IMG/VR virus record: IMGVR_UViG_3300007616_000002 | Span: 12,682-76,681 of that record | Reading direction: 5' to 3' (one strand) | DNA length: 64,000 bases | Source of the DNA: a virus | In this document: positions 34,531 to 44,694 of the stretch, piece after piece | How the letters are laid out: each line of letters begins with the position of its first letter | Position numbering within the stretch: the first letter of the stretch is position 1 | The notes under the pieces: generated by a model | Told to the model about the DNA's origin: nothing | Database searches by the model: none | What the model saw: the letters and a program-made list of their open reading frames with translations, nothing else | Translations under genes and position numbers: made by a program

Positions 34531-34782
34531 ATGCAAAAGTTTGTTGTAAAAGTTCGAGAACGTGAGACTGAGATGGTGCGTGCCATGCGAGCTAGTTCGG
34601 TTGATGAAGCAAAGCGAGCCTTCACTGAGGGTGGTATATTCAGCCATCTCGAACTGCTTAGTATCTATGACTTCGGTGATTATGTTGAGAACTTCGAGCA
34701 GAAAGTGGAGTACGCCAATGGAATGGTCCGATTTGGCGAGCGAGCGTTTCAGGATAAGCGTAACGTTGGTGAGTTCAATTAA
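34531..34782 (+). CDS. Hypothetical protein
   Basis: After promoter near 34501. Confidence 0.55.
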   Translation: MQKFVVKVRERETEMVRAMRASSVDEAKRAFTEGGIFSHLELLSIYDFGDYVENFEQKVEYANGMVRFGERAFQDKRNVGEFN

Positions 34783-35168
34783 TGGGCGTCGAGGTATACG
34801 TTGCCAGCGACGATGATGAACTTCTAGGAAAGCTAAAAGAAAAGTATCCCGAGCAGTCGTTCCTCACCAACGACTCAGACGCGGAAGCTGAGCCGAGTAA
34901 GGTTGTTTCAGCCTCTCACGAGGTGGTCGAAGAGTCGGATGGTGTTCTTGTTGTCTACGATGGAAGTGAGGATTACATTGCAGATGTGCTGGTTCGGACA
35001 GCCTACGAGCACGGAACACCGGTAGTCGTCTATAACGACACTGATGAAACCGTTGAACCGTGGTTGGCCTATCACACTCGGTACGTTGATGACCGTATCT
35101 CACAGGCAGTTCCGTGTCTGTTGATGTATGCTGGTGTGTCTGCGGAGCAGGTCGTCAGTAAGGGTTGA
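34782..35168 (+). CDS. Degenerate NDT-like protein (paralogue of 31227)
   Basis: VYVAS, VVEESDGVLVV, AYEHGTPVVVY, PWLAYH. Confidence 0.6.
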   Translation: MGVEVYVASDDDELLGKLKEKYPEQSFLTNDSDAEAEPSKVVSASHEVVEESDGVLVVYDGSEDYIADVLVRTAYEHGTPVVVYNDTDETVEPWLAYHTRYVDDRISQAVPCLLMYAGVSAEQVVSKG

Positions 35169-35214
35169 GTGAGGCGTAACATTTAAGACCCATCCGACCA
35201 TCTTTTTGGTCACG

Positions 35215-38200
35215 ATGGGTATTCGAAACTTCGCCAACTTAGCTACTGAAAAAGAGCCGTTAAAGCTCACTACTGCGGAATATACTGTCGAAGACAGTGG
35301 GAGCGTTCGTGATGAGCCGATTGTTCACCTCATCTGCCGACGCCCGAACGGGAAGCGTCGTCATATCGAGGTAGAGGGGTTTTACCCTTCGTTCTACATC
35401 ACCGGAGAAGAGTTCCTTGAGAACAAGACTGAACTCATCAACGAAGGACGTATTCGGTGGATGGAAGTTCCTGAGTCGATGGTCAACAAAGAGGACGACA
35501 GGGAACTCTTTTTCCAAGATTCCGTTCGGATGATGGACGACGGGAATGAAGTGCAAACGCTTCACGACGAGAAGCTGGTAAAGATTGTCTGCGGCATCCC
35601 CAAGCATACCTCTAACCGAAAGAACGGTGGACTGTCGGACTACTTCGACCAGACGTGGGAATCTGACGTGTTCTTCACCCAGCGTTTTCTTATCGACACC
35701 GGAGTCAAGACGGGATTCCGCGCCCCCGTTGGTGAGGACCGAGTTCACTTCTCCGAGCTTGAGCCGCTCAGCCCGGAAGAGACACCCAACGTCGAGTCAC
35801 GAACAATATATCTTGACATTGAGGTGTATAGCGATGGGGAGTTTCCGGACCCGACGGAAGCTGAACAACCCGTCACGTCTATCTCTGCTTACGACAGCTA
35901 CGATGACGAGTACAAGGCGTGGATTCTGCATACTGAAGAGTGGGCAAACACAGTGCCGGGCGGCTACGGAGGCAGTGAAGAAGACTTCGAAAAGATGGAG
36001 GACCACTTCGAAGAGCAGTACGACGAGCGGTGGCCGGGGACGGAGGTGCGTGTGTTTGCCGATGAATCATACCTGTTAGACGACTTTCACGAGTATGTCA
36101 TAGACCGCCGTCCCGACATTATGACGGGCTGGAACGCGCACAAGAACGATATTGGGAACGGGTTCGATTTCCCCTACCTCATCAACCGTAGCAAGGCTGT
36201 GAACGCGTGGAACGTGAACGACTGGTCTCCCCTTCACAACGGCAATGTCTTCGTCACACGGGCTGGGAGCGCCGTCGTAGAGGGGATAGAACTCTTCGAC
36301 ATGCTCCGGGCCTACGAGAAGACACAAATCCACGAGCTTGACCAGAAATCACTCGACTACGTTGCCAACAAAGAACTCGGGATGGGGAAAGAGGATATAG
36401 ACGACCTCAACGACGCATGGGCGTGGGAGCCCACCAAATTCCTGATGTACAACATTAGGGACACCGAGGCAGTCGTTGAGATTGAAGAATCGCAGTCGGT
36501 CATCTCGATGTACGACCACCTTCGTGACGTGACCGGGCAGTTGTACTCCGAGTGTCACCACAACATCTCGATGATTGACATGTTGTTCCTGCGTGACGCC
36601 TTCGAGAAGAACATCGCTCTGCCGACCTCAGAGAAGCCCAACGTGCGTCATTATCACGGAGCAAAAGTGTTCACGCCCAGCCCCGGTCGCTCCGAGAACG
36701 TCTTCTACCCCGACTTGGCGAGCCTGTACCCCAACCTCTTCTGGGCGACAAACATGTCCCCCGAGACTGTCATCGGCAACTACGAGGACTTACAGGCGTC
36801 CGACTACGCCGAGGAGGACTGTTTCGTCGTCTACTGGGACCCCAGAGACGAGGAAATGAAGAAGGACGACGACACGCCTGACTATGTTGCTGACCAGCAC
36901 GACGAGGCGCTCTACGTCATCAAGCCCGACATTAAGAAAGGGTTCGTGCGCGACAGCATCGGCAGTCTTATTGATATGAAGTATTTATATAAAGGCACTG
37001 ACAAATATGGTGCTGTTAAGCGCGTGACTAACTCTTGCTTCACCCCCGATACTGAAGTCATGACCCCTGACGGTGTTCGGAATATTCGTGACCTTGACGT
37101 TGGTGATAAGGTGTACTCACTAAATCCCGACACCCATCAGATGGAGGTCAAACAAGTTACTGAACTCATCGAAAAGCCCGATTACGACGACGAGTTAGTC
37201 ACCATTCAGAATAACACTATCGACCTGAAGGTAACTCCTGACCACCGCCTCTATACCAAGCGACAGCGCCACAGCGACGAGTTTGAGGCAGTCGATGCTG
37301 GAGGCCTCAACAGTTGGACGAGCTATGAGATGGCTACTGACTGGTCTGTGCGGGAGAGTGGTGGTGTTGGTCGGATTGACCTTGCTGAGTACGTTAACTC
37401 GGACTTCGAAGTGACCGAGACGGATGGTGTTGAGTACATTCGCAACGCAGAGACGATTAATGGTCGCCCCGGATGGGTCAAGCGGTATTACTCCGAGGAA
37501 GAGATGGCCAAGTTGGTTGGCTGGTTCGCAACTGAAGGACATTCGGTCGTTAGCTCAAGTTCGAGAGTCGCTATCAGCCAAAAAACCCCTGAACATTTCG
37601 AAGAGGTGGAGGAGTGCCTCTCGTCTACGGGACGATACGTCTCTAAAGACGCGAATGGGTTCAATGTGCACAATCGCCTTCTCGCTGAAGCCACAAGGAA
37701 CATGTGCGGCGAATCCTCGTCAGAGAAGAAGCTCCCCGAGTGGGTGTTTGAGACAAAAGCATCGACGCGGAAAGAGCTTCGTAGCGTCCTCATGAAAGGA
37801 GACGGAGACTCGGACGCTAACCGATTCAGCACCCAGTCCAAGAAGCTCCGTGACCAGTTCCTCCAACTCTGTTGGGAACTGGGTGACCCCGCGCAGTACA
37901 ATCGTGATAGCGACGTATGGTGCGTTTACTTTGGCGAAAAGAGCCAGTCGTTCCGCATGAATCGGTCGGGTAACCGTGAGGGAGACGGTAACACCGAACA
38001 GGCCGAAAACGGCGTCTATTGTGTGCAAGTCGAGGATAACCATATGCTCGTGGCAGGTCGGAACGGGAAATTTGTCAACATTTTTAATTGTTACGGCGTA
38101 ATGGGCGACTCAGACACATACGGGAAAGGTTTCCGACTCTTCGACGTTCGTATTGCAGAAGCTATCACGCTCGCTGGCAGAAAGGTGCTGGAGTTCACCG

Positions 38201-39231
38201 CGAAGCAGATTCGCAACTGGCTCCAGAATAACGGCTTCCCCGAGGCCGAGATTGTCGGCGGCGACACGGACTCTGCGATGTGTTCTGTCCCCGGCTACGA
38301 CATAGACCCCGAAGATATTTGGGCCGACTTCGTGCGTCACCAGAACGGAGAGCCTGTGCAGACACCCATCTTCAAGTCCGCAAAGTATGCCAACGACTCC
38401 TACGACGAGTTCATGGCAGAGACGTTTAACATCGAGAAGTCTGAGGGCTACGAGCACAAGATGGAAGTCGAAGTCGAGTGTGTGGCCGACGCGCTCTTCT
38501 TCAAGAGCGATTACGACGCCGACAACCCTGAAGAAGTCGGCAAGAAGAAAAGATACTCGCAAACTGTTGTCGTAGATGAGGATGATGGAATTATCGAGAA
38601 CCCCGAGGCAGAGCACACTGGGTGGGACCTCGTTCGTTCTGATGCCTCTGGTGTCACCAAATGGGCCCAAGGACAGGTTCTCACTCTCATCCTGAAATCG
38701 GATACACCGAAGGATGACACGCTAGACTTCCTTGAAGAATCTGTCAATTATCTTAAGAACGGTGACCTCGACGGACTTTCCGAAATGGCAGGCAGAGAGT
38801 TCACGATGGAGGATGTGGGCATACCGAAGTCTATCTCGTCGGCCCCGCCCGAAGAGTATGGTGTCGATGATGAGACGGGAGAAAACACACGTACTCCGCA
38901 CCCCCACATCCGTGGAGCGAAGTACGCAACCCAGAACATCCCTGACGAGAGCATCGAGCAGGGGGCGAAGCCGTACCTCTACCATGTCGAACGGATGGGT
39001 GGTGACTATCCCCAGACCTACACTGCCGACACACTCGAAGACGGGAACATCGTGGACGCCATCGCGGTCGAGAACCCGAGCAACATACCGAACGAGGCTC
39101 GTATGGACTGGGACGTGATGGTCGAGAAACTGCTCAAAAATCCGATAAACGAGATTATCATGACGATGGGGTGGACTTGGGAAGACGTAACAAACGAAGG
39201 ACGGCAAGCAGGACTGGACGCATGGGCATAG
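35215..39231 (+). CDS. polB: Family B DNA polymerase with intein
   Basis: ExoI LDIEV, ExoII GWN..FDFPYL, DLASLYP, KRVTNS/CYG, GDTDS. Confidence 0.96.
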   Translation: MGIRNFANLATEKEPLKLTTAEYTVEDSGSVRDEPIVHLICRRPNGKRRHIEVEGFYPSFYITGEEFLENKTELINEGRIRWMEVPESMVNKEDDRELFFQDSVRMMDDGNEVQTLHDEKLVKIVCGIPKHTSNRKNGGLSDYFDQTWESDVFFTQRFLIDTGVKTGFRAPVGEDRVHFSELEPLSPEETPNVESRTIYLDIEVYSDGEFPDPTEAEQPVTSISAYDSYDDEYKAWILHTEEWANTVPGGYGGSEEDFEKMEDHFEEQYDERWPGTEVRVFADESYLLDDFHEYVIDRRPDIMTGWNAHKNDIGNGFDFPYLINRSKAVNAWNVNDWSPLHNGNVFVTRAGSAVVEGIELFDMLRAYEKTQIHELDQKSLDYVANKELGMGKEDIDDLNDAWAWEPTKFLMYNIRDTEAVVEIEESQSVISMYDHLRDVTGQLYSECHHNISMIDMLFLRDAFEKNIALPTSEKPNVRHYHGAKVFTPSPGRSENVFYPDLASLYPNLFWATNMSPETVIGNYEDLQASDYAEEDCFVVYWDPRDEEMKKDDDTPDYVADQHDEALYVIKPDIKKGFVRDSIGSLIDMKYLYKGTDKYGAVKRVTNSCFTPDTEVMTPDGVRNIRDLDVGDKVYSLNPDTHQMEVKQVTELIEKPDYDDELVTIQNNTIDLKVTPDHRLYTKRQRHSDEFEAVDAGGLNSWTSYEMATDWSVRESGGVGRIDLAEYVNSDFEVTETDGVEYIRNAETINGRPGWVKRYYSEEEMAKLVGWFATEGHSVVSSSSRVAISQKTPEHFEEVEECLSSTGRYVSKDANGFNVHNRLLAEATRNMCGESSSEKKLPEWVFETKASTRKELRSVLMKGDGDSDANRFSTQSKKLRDQFLQLCWELGDPAQYNRDSDVWCVYFGEKSQSFRMNRSGNREGDGNTEQAENGVYCVQVEDNHMLVAGRNGKFVNIFNCYGVMGDSDTYGKGFRLFDVRIAEAITLAGRKVLEFTAKQIRNWLQNNGFPEAEIVGGDTDSAMCSVPGYDIDPEDIWADFVRHQNGEPVQTPIFKSAKYANDSYDEFMAETFNIEKSEGYEHKMEVEVECVADALFFKSDYDADNPEEVGKKKRYSQTVVVDEDDGIIENPEAEHTGWDLVRSDASGVTKWAQGQVLTLILKSDTPKDDTLDFLEESVNYLKNGDLDGLSEMAGREFTMEDVGIPKSISSAPPEEYGVDDETGENTRTPHPHIRGAKYATQNIPDESIEQGAKPYLYHVERMGGDYPQTYTADTLEDGNIVDAIAVENPSNIPNEARMDWDVMVEKLLKNPINEIIMTMGWTWEDVTNEGRQAGLDAWA
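37036..38088 (+). mobile_element. Intein (351 aa) with LAGLIDADG domain in PolB motif B
   Basis: CFTPDTEV.. block A, VTPDH block B, LVGWFATEG / MKGDG, VYCVQVEDNH block F, terminal FN then Cys+1. Confidence 0.93.
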
Positions 39232-39303
39232 CGTAGCACACTGTGTTTACCTACTTTGTTAACCGAAACACTTAAGTGCTACCCGAGCAAACTTTTGGGT
39301 GTA

Positions 39304-39525
39304 ATGGAATACGACCGTACCCAAGTTCAACTTTTGTTTCAAGATTATGGGGAACTCATGTTCGTTCTCGAATCCGACCGCGAATACGAACTTCACACTG
39401 GCAATGTAGAGTTCGAGGACGAGCAGATGGTTGCAAAGGGGTTCAACGAATCCACTGGAGAATACGAGAAAGTCTGGATTCCCTACGACACTATCGAGCA
39501 TGTAAAGACTCACGAGGCACTGTAA
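39304..39525 (+). CDS. Hypothetical protein
   Basis: After promoter near 39271. Confidence 0.65.
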   Translation: MEYDRTQVQLLFQDYGELMFVLESDREYELHTGNVEFEDEQMVAKGFNESTGEYEKVWIPYDTIEHVKTHEAL

Positions 39526-39543
39526 CGCGCAAAAAATTTTATC

Positions 39544-39996
39544 ATGGCCTGTGGTACTGCCTCTCATGAGTCGCCCTCCCGGTTCAACTCCGAAGAGCGA
39601 CGCCTAACTACAGATATTCTACACATGTTACACAAAGACCCGGTGGCGCTGAACGACTCGCTTATCGAAGTAGACGGTGAAAAACTCGAATACGAGAGTC
39701 TGTCCTTCTGGAGCGATACGTTTCGGAATGCAGACCTTCTACAGTATCAAGAGAGTGATGTACGTCTTATGCCTACTAACACTCCTGAAACGACAACGTT
39801 CGAGATTACAGTAACCGTAGCTGACGTACCGGAGTATCTTGAAACGTTCTGGGAGACAGGAGAAAGGTTTTCAATATACGTTGAAAACGAGTACTTTGAC
39901 CTCTCCGTGGATAACGCCCGGATAGAGGGGCTCGATGACGGAACTGTAACAATCGTCGCAAACGTTCGCTGGAGGGCTATGAGTAGTGTCTGTTAG
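39544..39996 (+). CDS. Hypothetical protein
   Basis: 150-aa acidic ORF. Confidence 0.55.
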   Translation: MACGTASHESPSRFNSEERRLTTDILHMLHKDPVALNDSLIEVDGEKLEYESLSFWSDTFRNADLLQYQESDVRLMPTNTPETTTFEITVTVADVPEYLETFWETGERFSIYVENEYFDLSVDNARIEGLDDGTVTIVANVRWRAMSSVC

Positions 39997-40015
39997 AGCA
40001 TCTTCTGCTTCGCGG

Positions 40016-40387
40016 ATGGATTTGTACCAAGTCGAGGTTGATGGGTTTCCGTTCTTCGCTGAGCAGTTCGAATGTTCGAGAGAGGTTGAAACCACACATG
40101 CTGGAGTCGGTAATGGCGGAATGGCACAAGGAGCTATGGTGAACCAGACCTCTGTAACCGGAAAAGTTGTTTTTGAAGGCCAATTTATACACGAAGAACT
40201 CAATAATATATTTTTCTCCAACAAGACGCCGGAACCAGTCGAAGTTGAAGTAAAGTCATTGTTCGCGGATGAAAATCATGCCACATTTATGGAGGCGATG
40301 GCAACTTCAATACACCAGACTGCTGAGTCGGGAAGTAACAAAGTAGAAGTAGATATAGTCTCTAAAGATGTTACGCAATTGACGTAA
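40016..40387 (+). CDS. Hypothetical beta-rich protein
   Basis: ORF in operon; start uncertain. Confidence 0.55.
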   Translation: MDLYQVEVDGFPFFAEQFECSREVETTHAGVGNGGMAQGAMVNQTSVTGKVVFEGQFIHEELNNIFFSNKTPEPVEVEVKSLFADENHATFMEAMATSIHQTAESGSNKVEVDIVSKDVTQLT

Positions 40388-40471
40388 CTTTTAGCGAAAG
40401 ATTTAAGTCCCCCCGGACTCAATTCTTGAGTACGTTATGGTACTTACGTCTTTTGGTTTAGGGTGGTCTCC

Positions 40472-41056
40472 ATGAGCCGTCAGAAACGTGGGTTAGATTA
40501 CGAACATAAGTTGGCGGCTGGTATTTTCGAACTGAGCGAAGGAAAAATAATTCCGATACGCTCGGGGTATTCTGGAAACCAATCAGTTCCCTCACCAGAC
40601 CTTCTTATCCCGTTTGGTGGAGCACTGGCCGCAGTAGAGGCCAAGACAACTTCTTCTGACACGTCTCTGATAATCGAGCCTGAGGACATTGAGGATATTG
40701 CGTTCTGGGCCCTGCGTATGTCGGAGGTTCCGACGTATCCGTATCTTGCAATCAAGTTCAACCGACGTGTTGTGTATGTCACACGTCTCACTCGTGTGAG
40801 TAACACGAAAAAGTGCTTCGAGAAAGAGGTTGAGAAGTGCCCGTTTGACGCGACTGTGACGAAGACTGGAAACTTGAGCTTCAGAAAACCGGACACAGAT
40901 GAGTGGTCCTCGGTGAAGGGTGCTGACGGACCTAACGGGAAGAAAGACGCCCATATGGTCCTTGAGTCACTCCGTGACGACCAGTTCGAACACCCGTCTG
41001 TGATAGAGGTACTGAATCAGAAAGAAGAGTACTTCGAACAGTTCGGTGACGATTAA
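40472..41056 (+). CDS. hjc: Archaeal-type Holliday junction resolvase
   Basis: G..YEHKL, RSGYSG, PDLL, AVEAKTT. Confidence 0.82.
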   Translation: MSRQKRGLDYEHKLAAGIFELSEGKIIPIRSGYSGNQSVPSPDLLIPFGGALAAVEAKTTSSDTSLIIEPEDIEDIAFWALRMSEVPTYPYLAIKFNRRVVYVTRLTRVSNTKKCFEKEVEKCPFDATVTKTGNLSFRKPDTDEWSSVKGADGPNGKKDAHMVLESLRDDQFEHPSVIEVLNQKEEYFEQFGDD

Positions 41057-41061
41057 TTTCG

Positions 41062-41451
41062 ATGACAACGGCTATCGATTTCGAGATGCTCCTCGATGCG
41101 CTTGACCAGAACGCAGAGGGGTATGTTTACGTCATCAAGCTCCGTCGCTCTGACGACAAACTATACTACTATATTGGAAGTGTCACATCTGGTCTCGATG
41201 GACTAAAAAAGCGAATCCAGTCCCACTGCCGACTCAACGGTGAGTGCTCTGCCCCAGTCCGAGTAAACGGAACTGAAGTACTTCTGGGAAAGCGAGACGA
41301 TGTTCGCAAGGGAGAATACGAGTTTGTCTCCGTCGAAGAAATAGAACCCGTCTACACATCTAGAGACCGTCACATCCGGGAACTGGAGCGTCAGAAGTCG
41401 ATGGACGTGGCGTTTGAACACGGAACGAAGAACGTCCTCGGCGGTAAGTGA
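41062..41451 (+). CDS. GIY-YIG-like nuclease
   Basis: GYVYVIKL..YYIGS..KRIQSH..ELE..NVLGG. Confidence 0.7.
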   Translation: MTTAIDFEMLLDALDQNAEGYVYVIKLRRSDDKLYYYIGSVTSGLDGLKKRIQSHCRLNGECSAPVRVNGTEVLLGKRDDVRKGEYEFVSVEEIEPVYTSRDRHIRELERQKSMDVAFEHGTKNVLGGK

Positions 41452-41493
41452 CGAGAGCGAAACTCTTTTATATAACACCCTTCTACCTCAAAT

Positions 41494-41662
41494 CGCCGTG
41501 GCAACCCCGCGGTGAAATGGGTAGGTTCTTGCACTGCCACTCCATTTCGTTACAAACGGCCTGAGCCGCCGCTGAGCGGTTTTCTCTTCACCGAGATGGA
41601 TACCCCTCGTTAACTGAAAATGCTCGTCAGGAGCCGCTCCTCGGCCTGAGATAGCGCCACAA
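41494..41662. ncRNA. Candidate structured ncRNA between convergent operons
   Basis: GTGGC/GCCAC, CGGTGAA/TTCACCG, GGGTA/TACCC, GAAATGG/CCATTTC, GAGCGG/CCGCTC; TATA at 41465. Confidence 0.45.
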
Positions 41663-41676
41663 CAGAAATACACCTT

Positions 41677-41991
41677 TCATCCGTCGAGTAACTCGTCCTC
41701 TGTGTACTCGTAAGCTTGCTCAAACCCACCGGGTAAAATCGGCTTGTTCGAGTGGGCGTATCTGTGCTTTTCCGAGCCACAGAACCTGTTTTCGTAGAAG
41801 TCAGTAGAAATTTCATCAGTTGGGTCACGGTCGGCGCTAAGCGCGTGTTTATCCTCTCCCCGAAAAACGCGATAACATACGTCGCAGACTAACTCGTGTG
41901 TGTTGACCCATAAATCACCTTCTTCACAGTTTGGACATTCGCCCTCAGTTACGTCGTAGTTGTCGTCCTTGAGACTCATGGTCACTGCCAT
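41677..41991 (-). CDS. Zn-ribbon protein
   Basis: CPNC...CDVC. Confidence 0.65.
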   Translation of the reverse strand: MAVTMSLKDDNYDVTEGECPNCEEGDLWVNTHELVCDVCYRVFRGEDKHALSADRDPTDEISTDFYENRFCGSEKHRYAHSNKPILPGGFEQAYEYTEDELLDG

Positions 41992-42734
41992 TATGCATCG
42001 TCCACACCAGCTTCAACGATTGATTCGAGGTCCTCGTTCATCCCTTCACGCAGGTCTGCGAACTCTTCGAACATTTCTTCGGGAGTCTCGAACCACTCGG
42101 GTGAGCTACTGACTTCCCACGTCTCTGAGTCTGGGTGCATCTTGATGACTTGACACTGGTCAATCTCGATATTGACAGCGTTCTTGTACGCAGTCAACTG
42201 CATTTTATGCTTGTCGTAGACCCGCTTGCTAGTCTTTAAATCTGCCAGTGTCACCTTTCCGTCCTTGTCGATGTAGAGCATGTCAAATTGACCTGCATAT
42301 CCAAGGCTCGTATTCTGGACGAAGCATTCAACGTCGAGAACAGAGTCATGGTTGATGCCATGTTTTGCCTTAATCTCTTCCCACGCTTCTTGTGCCCAGA
42401 ATAGATTCGCTCGGTATTCTTGCCATGAACCGTAGTCTGTTCCTTTTTTGAGTTCCTGTTCAGCTTCCTCCTCGTTGTGGCCCCCAATATCTTCCTCGGC
42501 AAATGGGTCCAGAAGATGATAGTGAATAAGGGTACCACGGTAACTTTTAAAATTCAAAATATTCCTCCAATGTGGTCGTCCGCCAGTTCCGTCGTTCCAC
42601 TGCTTCCATTTCTTTAGCCCTTCAGGTGTCGGCTTAGTATCAAGTACTGTCGTAACAGATGGGAGGTACATTTCGTGTTCATCAGAAAAATAAACACGAC
42701 CAACTCCCTCTAGTGTTCTTCGTTCTAGTCCCAT
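41991..42734 (-). CDS. PD-(D/E)XK exonuclease (Cas4/RecB-like phage exonuclease)
   Basis: LPSVTTVL, RGTLIH, YAGQFD, ADLKTS, QLTAY. Confidence 0.88.
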   Translation of the reverse strand: MGLERRTLEGVGRVYFSDEHEMYLPSVTTVLDTKPTPEGLKKWKQWNDGTGGRPHWRNILNFKSYRGTLIHYHLLDPFAEEDIGGHNEEEAEQELKKGTDYGSWQEYRANLFWAQEAWEEIKAKHGINHDSVLDVECFVQNTSLGYAGQFDMLYIDKDGKVTLADLKTSKRVYDKHKMQLTAYKNAVNIEIDQCQVIKMHPDSETWEVSSSPEWFETPEEMFEEFADLREGMNEDLESIVEAGVDDA

Positions 42735-42788
42735 TTATGAGCGAAAGTTGAGTCGGGTGATACTTAAGTCTTTCGGTAAAGTAATATT

Positions 42789-43448
42789 TTACTCAGCCGG
42801 ATGTGCGGGACACTCCATTCTCTCATTTGATTCGGCTTTAATATGACAAGATTGGCATAGTACTACTATATTTAGTTGGAAGTTAGAATCTTCAACGGTG
42901 AAATATTCACTCTGTATAAATGCTCTTCTGGGCAAGATGTGATGAGCGGAGAGCCTTCTACCGTTTTCCTCTTCTGTTTTCCCGAAGATTTCACACTCTC
43001 CTCCGGCACGCTCCCATGCTTCTTTTCGAACATTTATCCAATTTGACCCAAATTGACGATATTTACCATTTCGGTAATTAGGGTTGTCCTCACCGGACCA
43101 CTTCCTTGCCCTCCAATCTGATGTACATTTTGTACTGCAAAATTGGCGCTCTTGGTCCTTTGTCCGAGACTTCATTTGTTCAAACTCTGTTTCACATTTT
43201 TCACAAGTTACCATGACTCGGTTATCGGACTCTCTGTATTTTGCTGAACAAGACCTATCACAAAATTTTTTCTTTTCTGAAGGTCTATACGATATTTCAT
43301 TTCCACAGTATTTACAATTATCTTTTATTAAATTCTTTTGAAATTCATCATGGCATTCTTTACTGCAAAAAAGGTTATTTGAGCGATTTAACTCATTTGG
43401 CTCACGATGTATTCCTTTAGAGCAGTGAGAACAATTAGCTTTGACCAT
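42789..43448 (-). mobile_element. Free-standing HNH homing endonuclease with Zn repeats
   Basis: FCSxxC repeats, SAHHILP...NIVVLCQSCH; AT-rich; same family as 3162-3965. Confidence 0.85.
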
Positions 43449-43550
43449 ATTAAGCAATTCTTTTTATAACATATAAATCTTTCGCCTGAGTACGCTCCTT
43501 GGTAAAAAGTTACCGAAACGTTTAAGTACTGCCCGGTACAAAAGGGGTAT

Positions 43551-44285
43551 ATGACGAACCTAACTGACATTACTGGCGTGAGCGAGTCTCGCGCTGATGA
43601 CCTTCGTGAAGAAGACTTTGTGACCGTAGACGACGTTGCTAACGCAACTGAGAGTGAGCTTACTGAAGTCTCCGGAATCGGTGGCGCGACTGCCCCTGAC
43701 CTCATTCAAAGTGCCCGAGATGTTATTCGTGGTACTGTTGATGATGAAGTTGAGGAAGAAGAAACAAACACAGATGGCGATGCTGAGCCTGAAGAAGAGA
43801 CTGAGGAAGAGTTCCCCGACATAGATTCGACTACTGAGGAAGAAGAAGTGACTGTCGAAGACCTCGAAGAAGTTAATGGAGAAGAGCCGGAAAACGAGCC
43901 GGACGACGAACTGTCTGTTGAAAGTGACGACGGTGAACCTGAGAACGTGGATGTGACTCCCGAAAAGTACGATGTATCAATCGAACTGAAGAACGAAGAA
44001 CAGTTCGACTATGTACTGTATGCGCTCATTGACATGCGACTTGGCCGACTCAACGTCACCTACGAGCAGGAATCTATTTCAGTCGAACTACTAAACGAGT
44101 TCCGACCGCTGGGTGGCGCTGGGAGTGTCACTATCAGTCTAACAAGTGCAGAACTAAACGCACTTCACGCACTCCTAACACAGACTGCAACAGCGTATCA
44201 GGGTGAGAGTGCTGTCGAGGCGTTCAATGCAGTCCGAGAAGTAAAAAATCAGGTTCAGGATGCCCGTGAAGAGTACCTTCTCTAA
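43551..44285 (+). CDS. HhH-domain protein with long acidic linker
   Basis: LTDITGVSESRA...LTEVSGIGGATA. Confidence 0.75.
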   Translation: MTNLTDITGVSESRADDLREEDFVTVDDVANATESELTEVSGIGGATAPDLIQSARDVIRGTVDDEVEEEETNTDGDAEPEEETEEEFPDIDSTTEEEEVTVEDLEEVNGEEPENEPDDELSVESDDGEPENVDVTPEKYDVSIELKNEEQFDYVLYALIDMRLGRLNVTYEQESISVELLNEFRPLGGAGSVTISLTSAELNALHALLTQTATAYQGESAVEAFNAVREVKNQVQDAREEYLL

Positions 44286-44288
44286 AGG

Positions 44289-44636
44289 TTAATCTTCACC
44301 AAACCGTTCGAGAATATCTTCTATTTTCCGCTCGACCTCTAAAATACGCTCTTTAAGGTCCTCTCGTTCTACAGAAGAGTCATCCATGTCGTCTTGTAAC
44401 TCTTCTACTTCTTTTTTCAGTTCCGATACTTCTTTAACGAGTCCAACGTGGAGGGGATTGTTTTCCTTTCCGAAGATGGCGGCCTCTTTTTGCCCTTGTC
44501 CTTCTTCAAGCTCTTTGAGGCGGCTGTGGGTATTATAAAGTACCCAGAAGAGAGCACCACCGATTGTGCTAACCACAAGGGAAATTGCCGCCAACGCCGC
44601 ATGAACAGCACTCCACGAAAAGAGTGGTACCAACAT
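44289..44636 (-). CDS. Membrane-anchored coiled-coil protein (lysis-cassette candidate)
   Basis: N-terminal TM segment plus heptad repeats. Confidence 0.6.
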   Translation of the reverse strand: MLVPLFSWSAVHAALAAISLVVSTIGGALFWVLYNTHSRLKELEEGQGQKEAAIFGKENNPLHVGLVKEVSELKKEVEELQDDMDDSSVEREDLKERILEVERKIEDILERFGED

Positions 44637-44694
44637 ATCAGTAAATTAGTTTTTCGACCAGAAACCGCAACTGTGTTTGATTTTTCTTGCGATA

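Noticed and set aside
41540-41635. Hammerhead ribozyme (CTGACGA...GAAA on the minus strand)
   Set aside because: Stems II and III cannot be formed around the core
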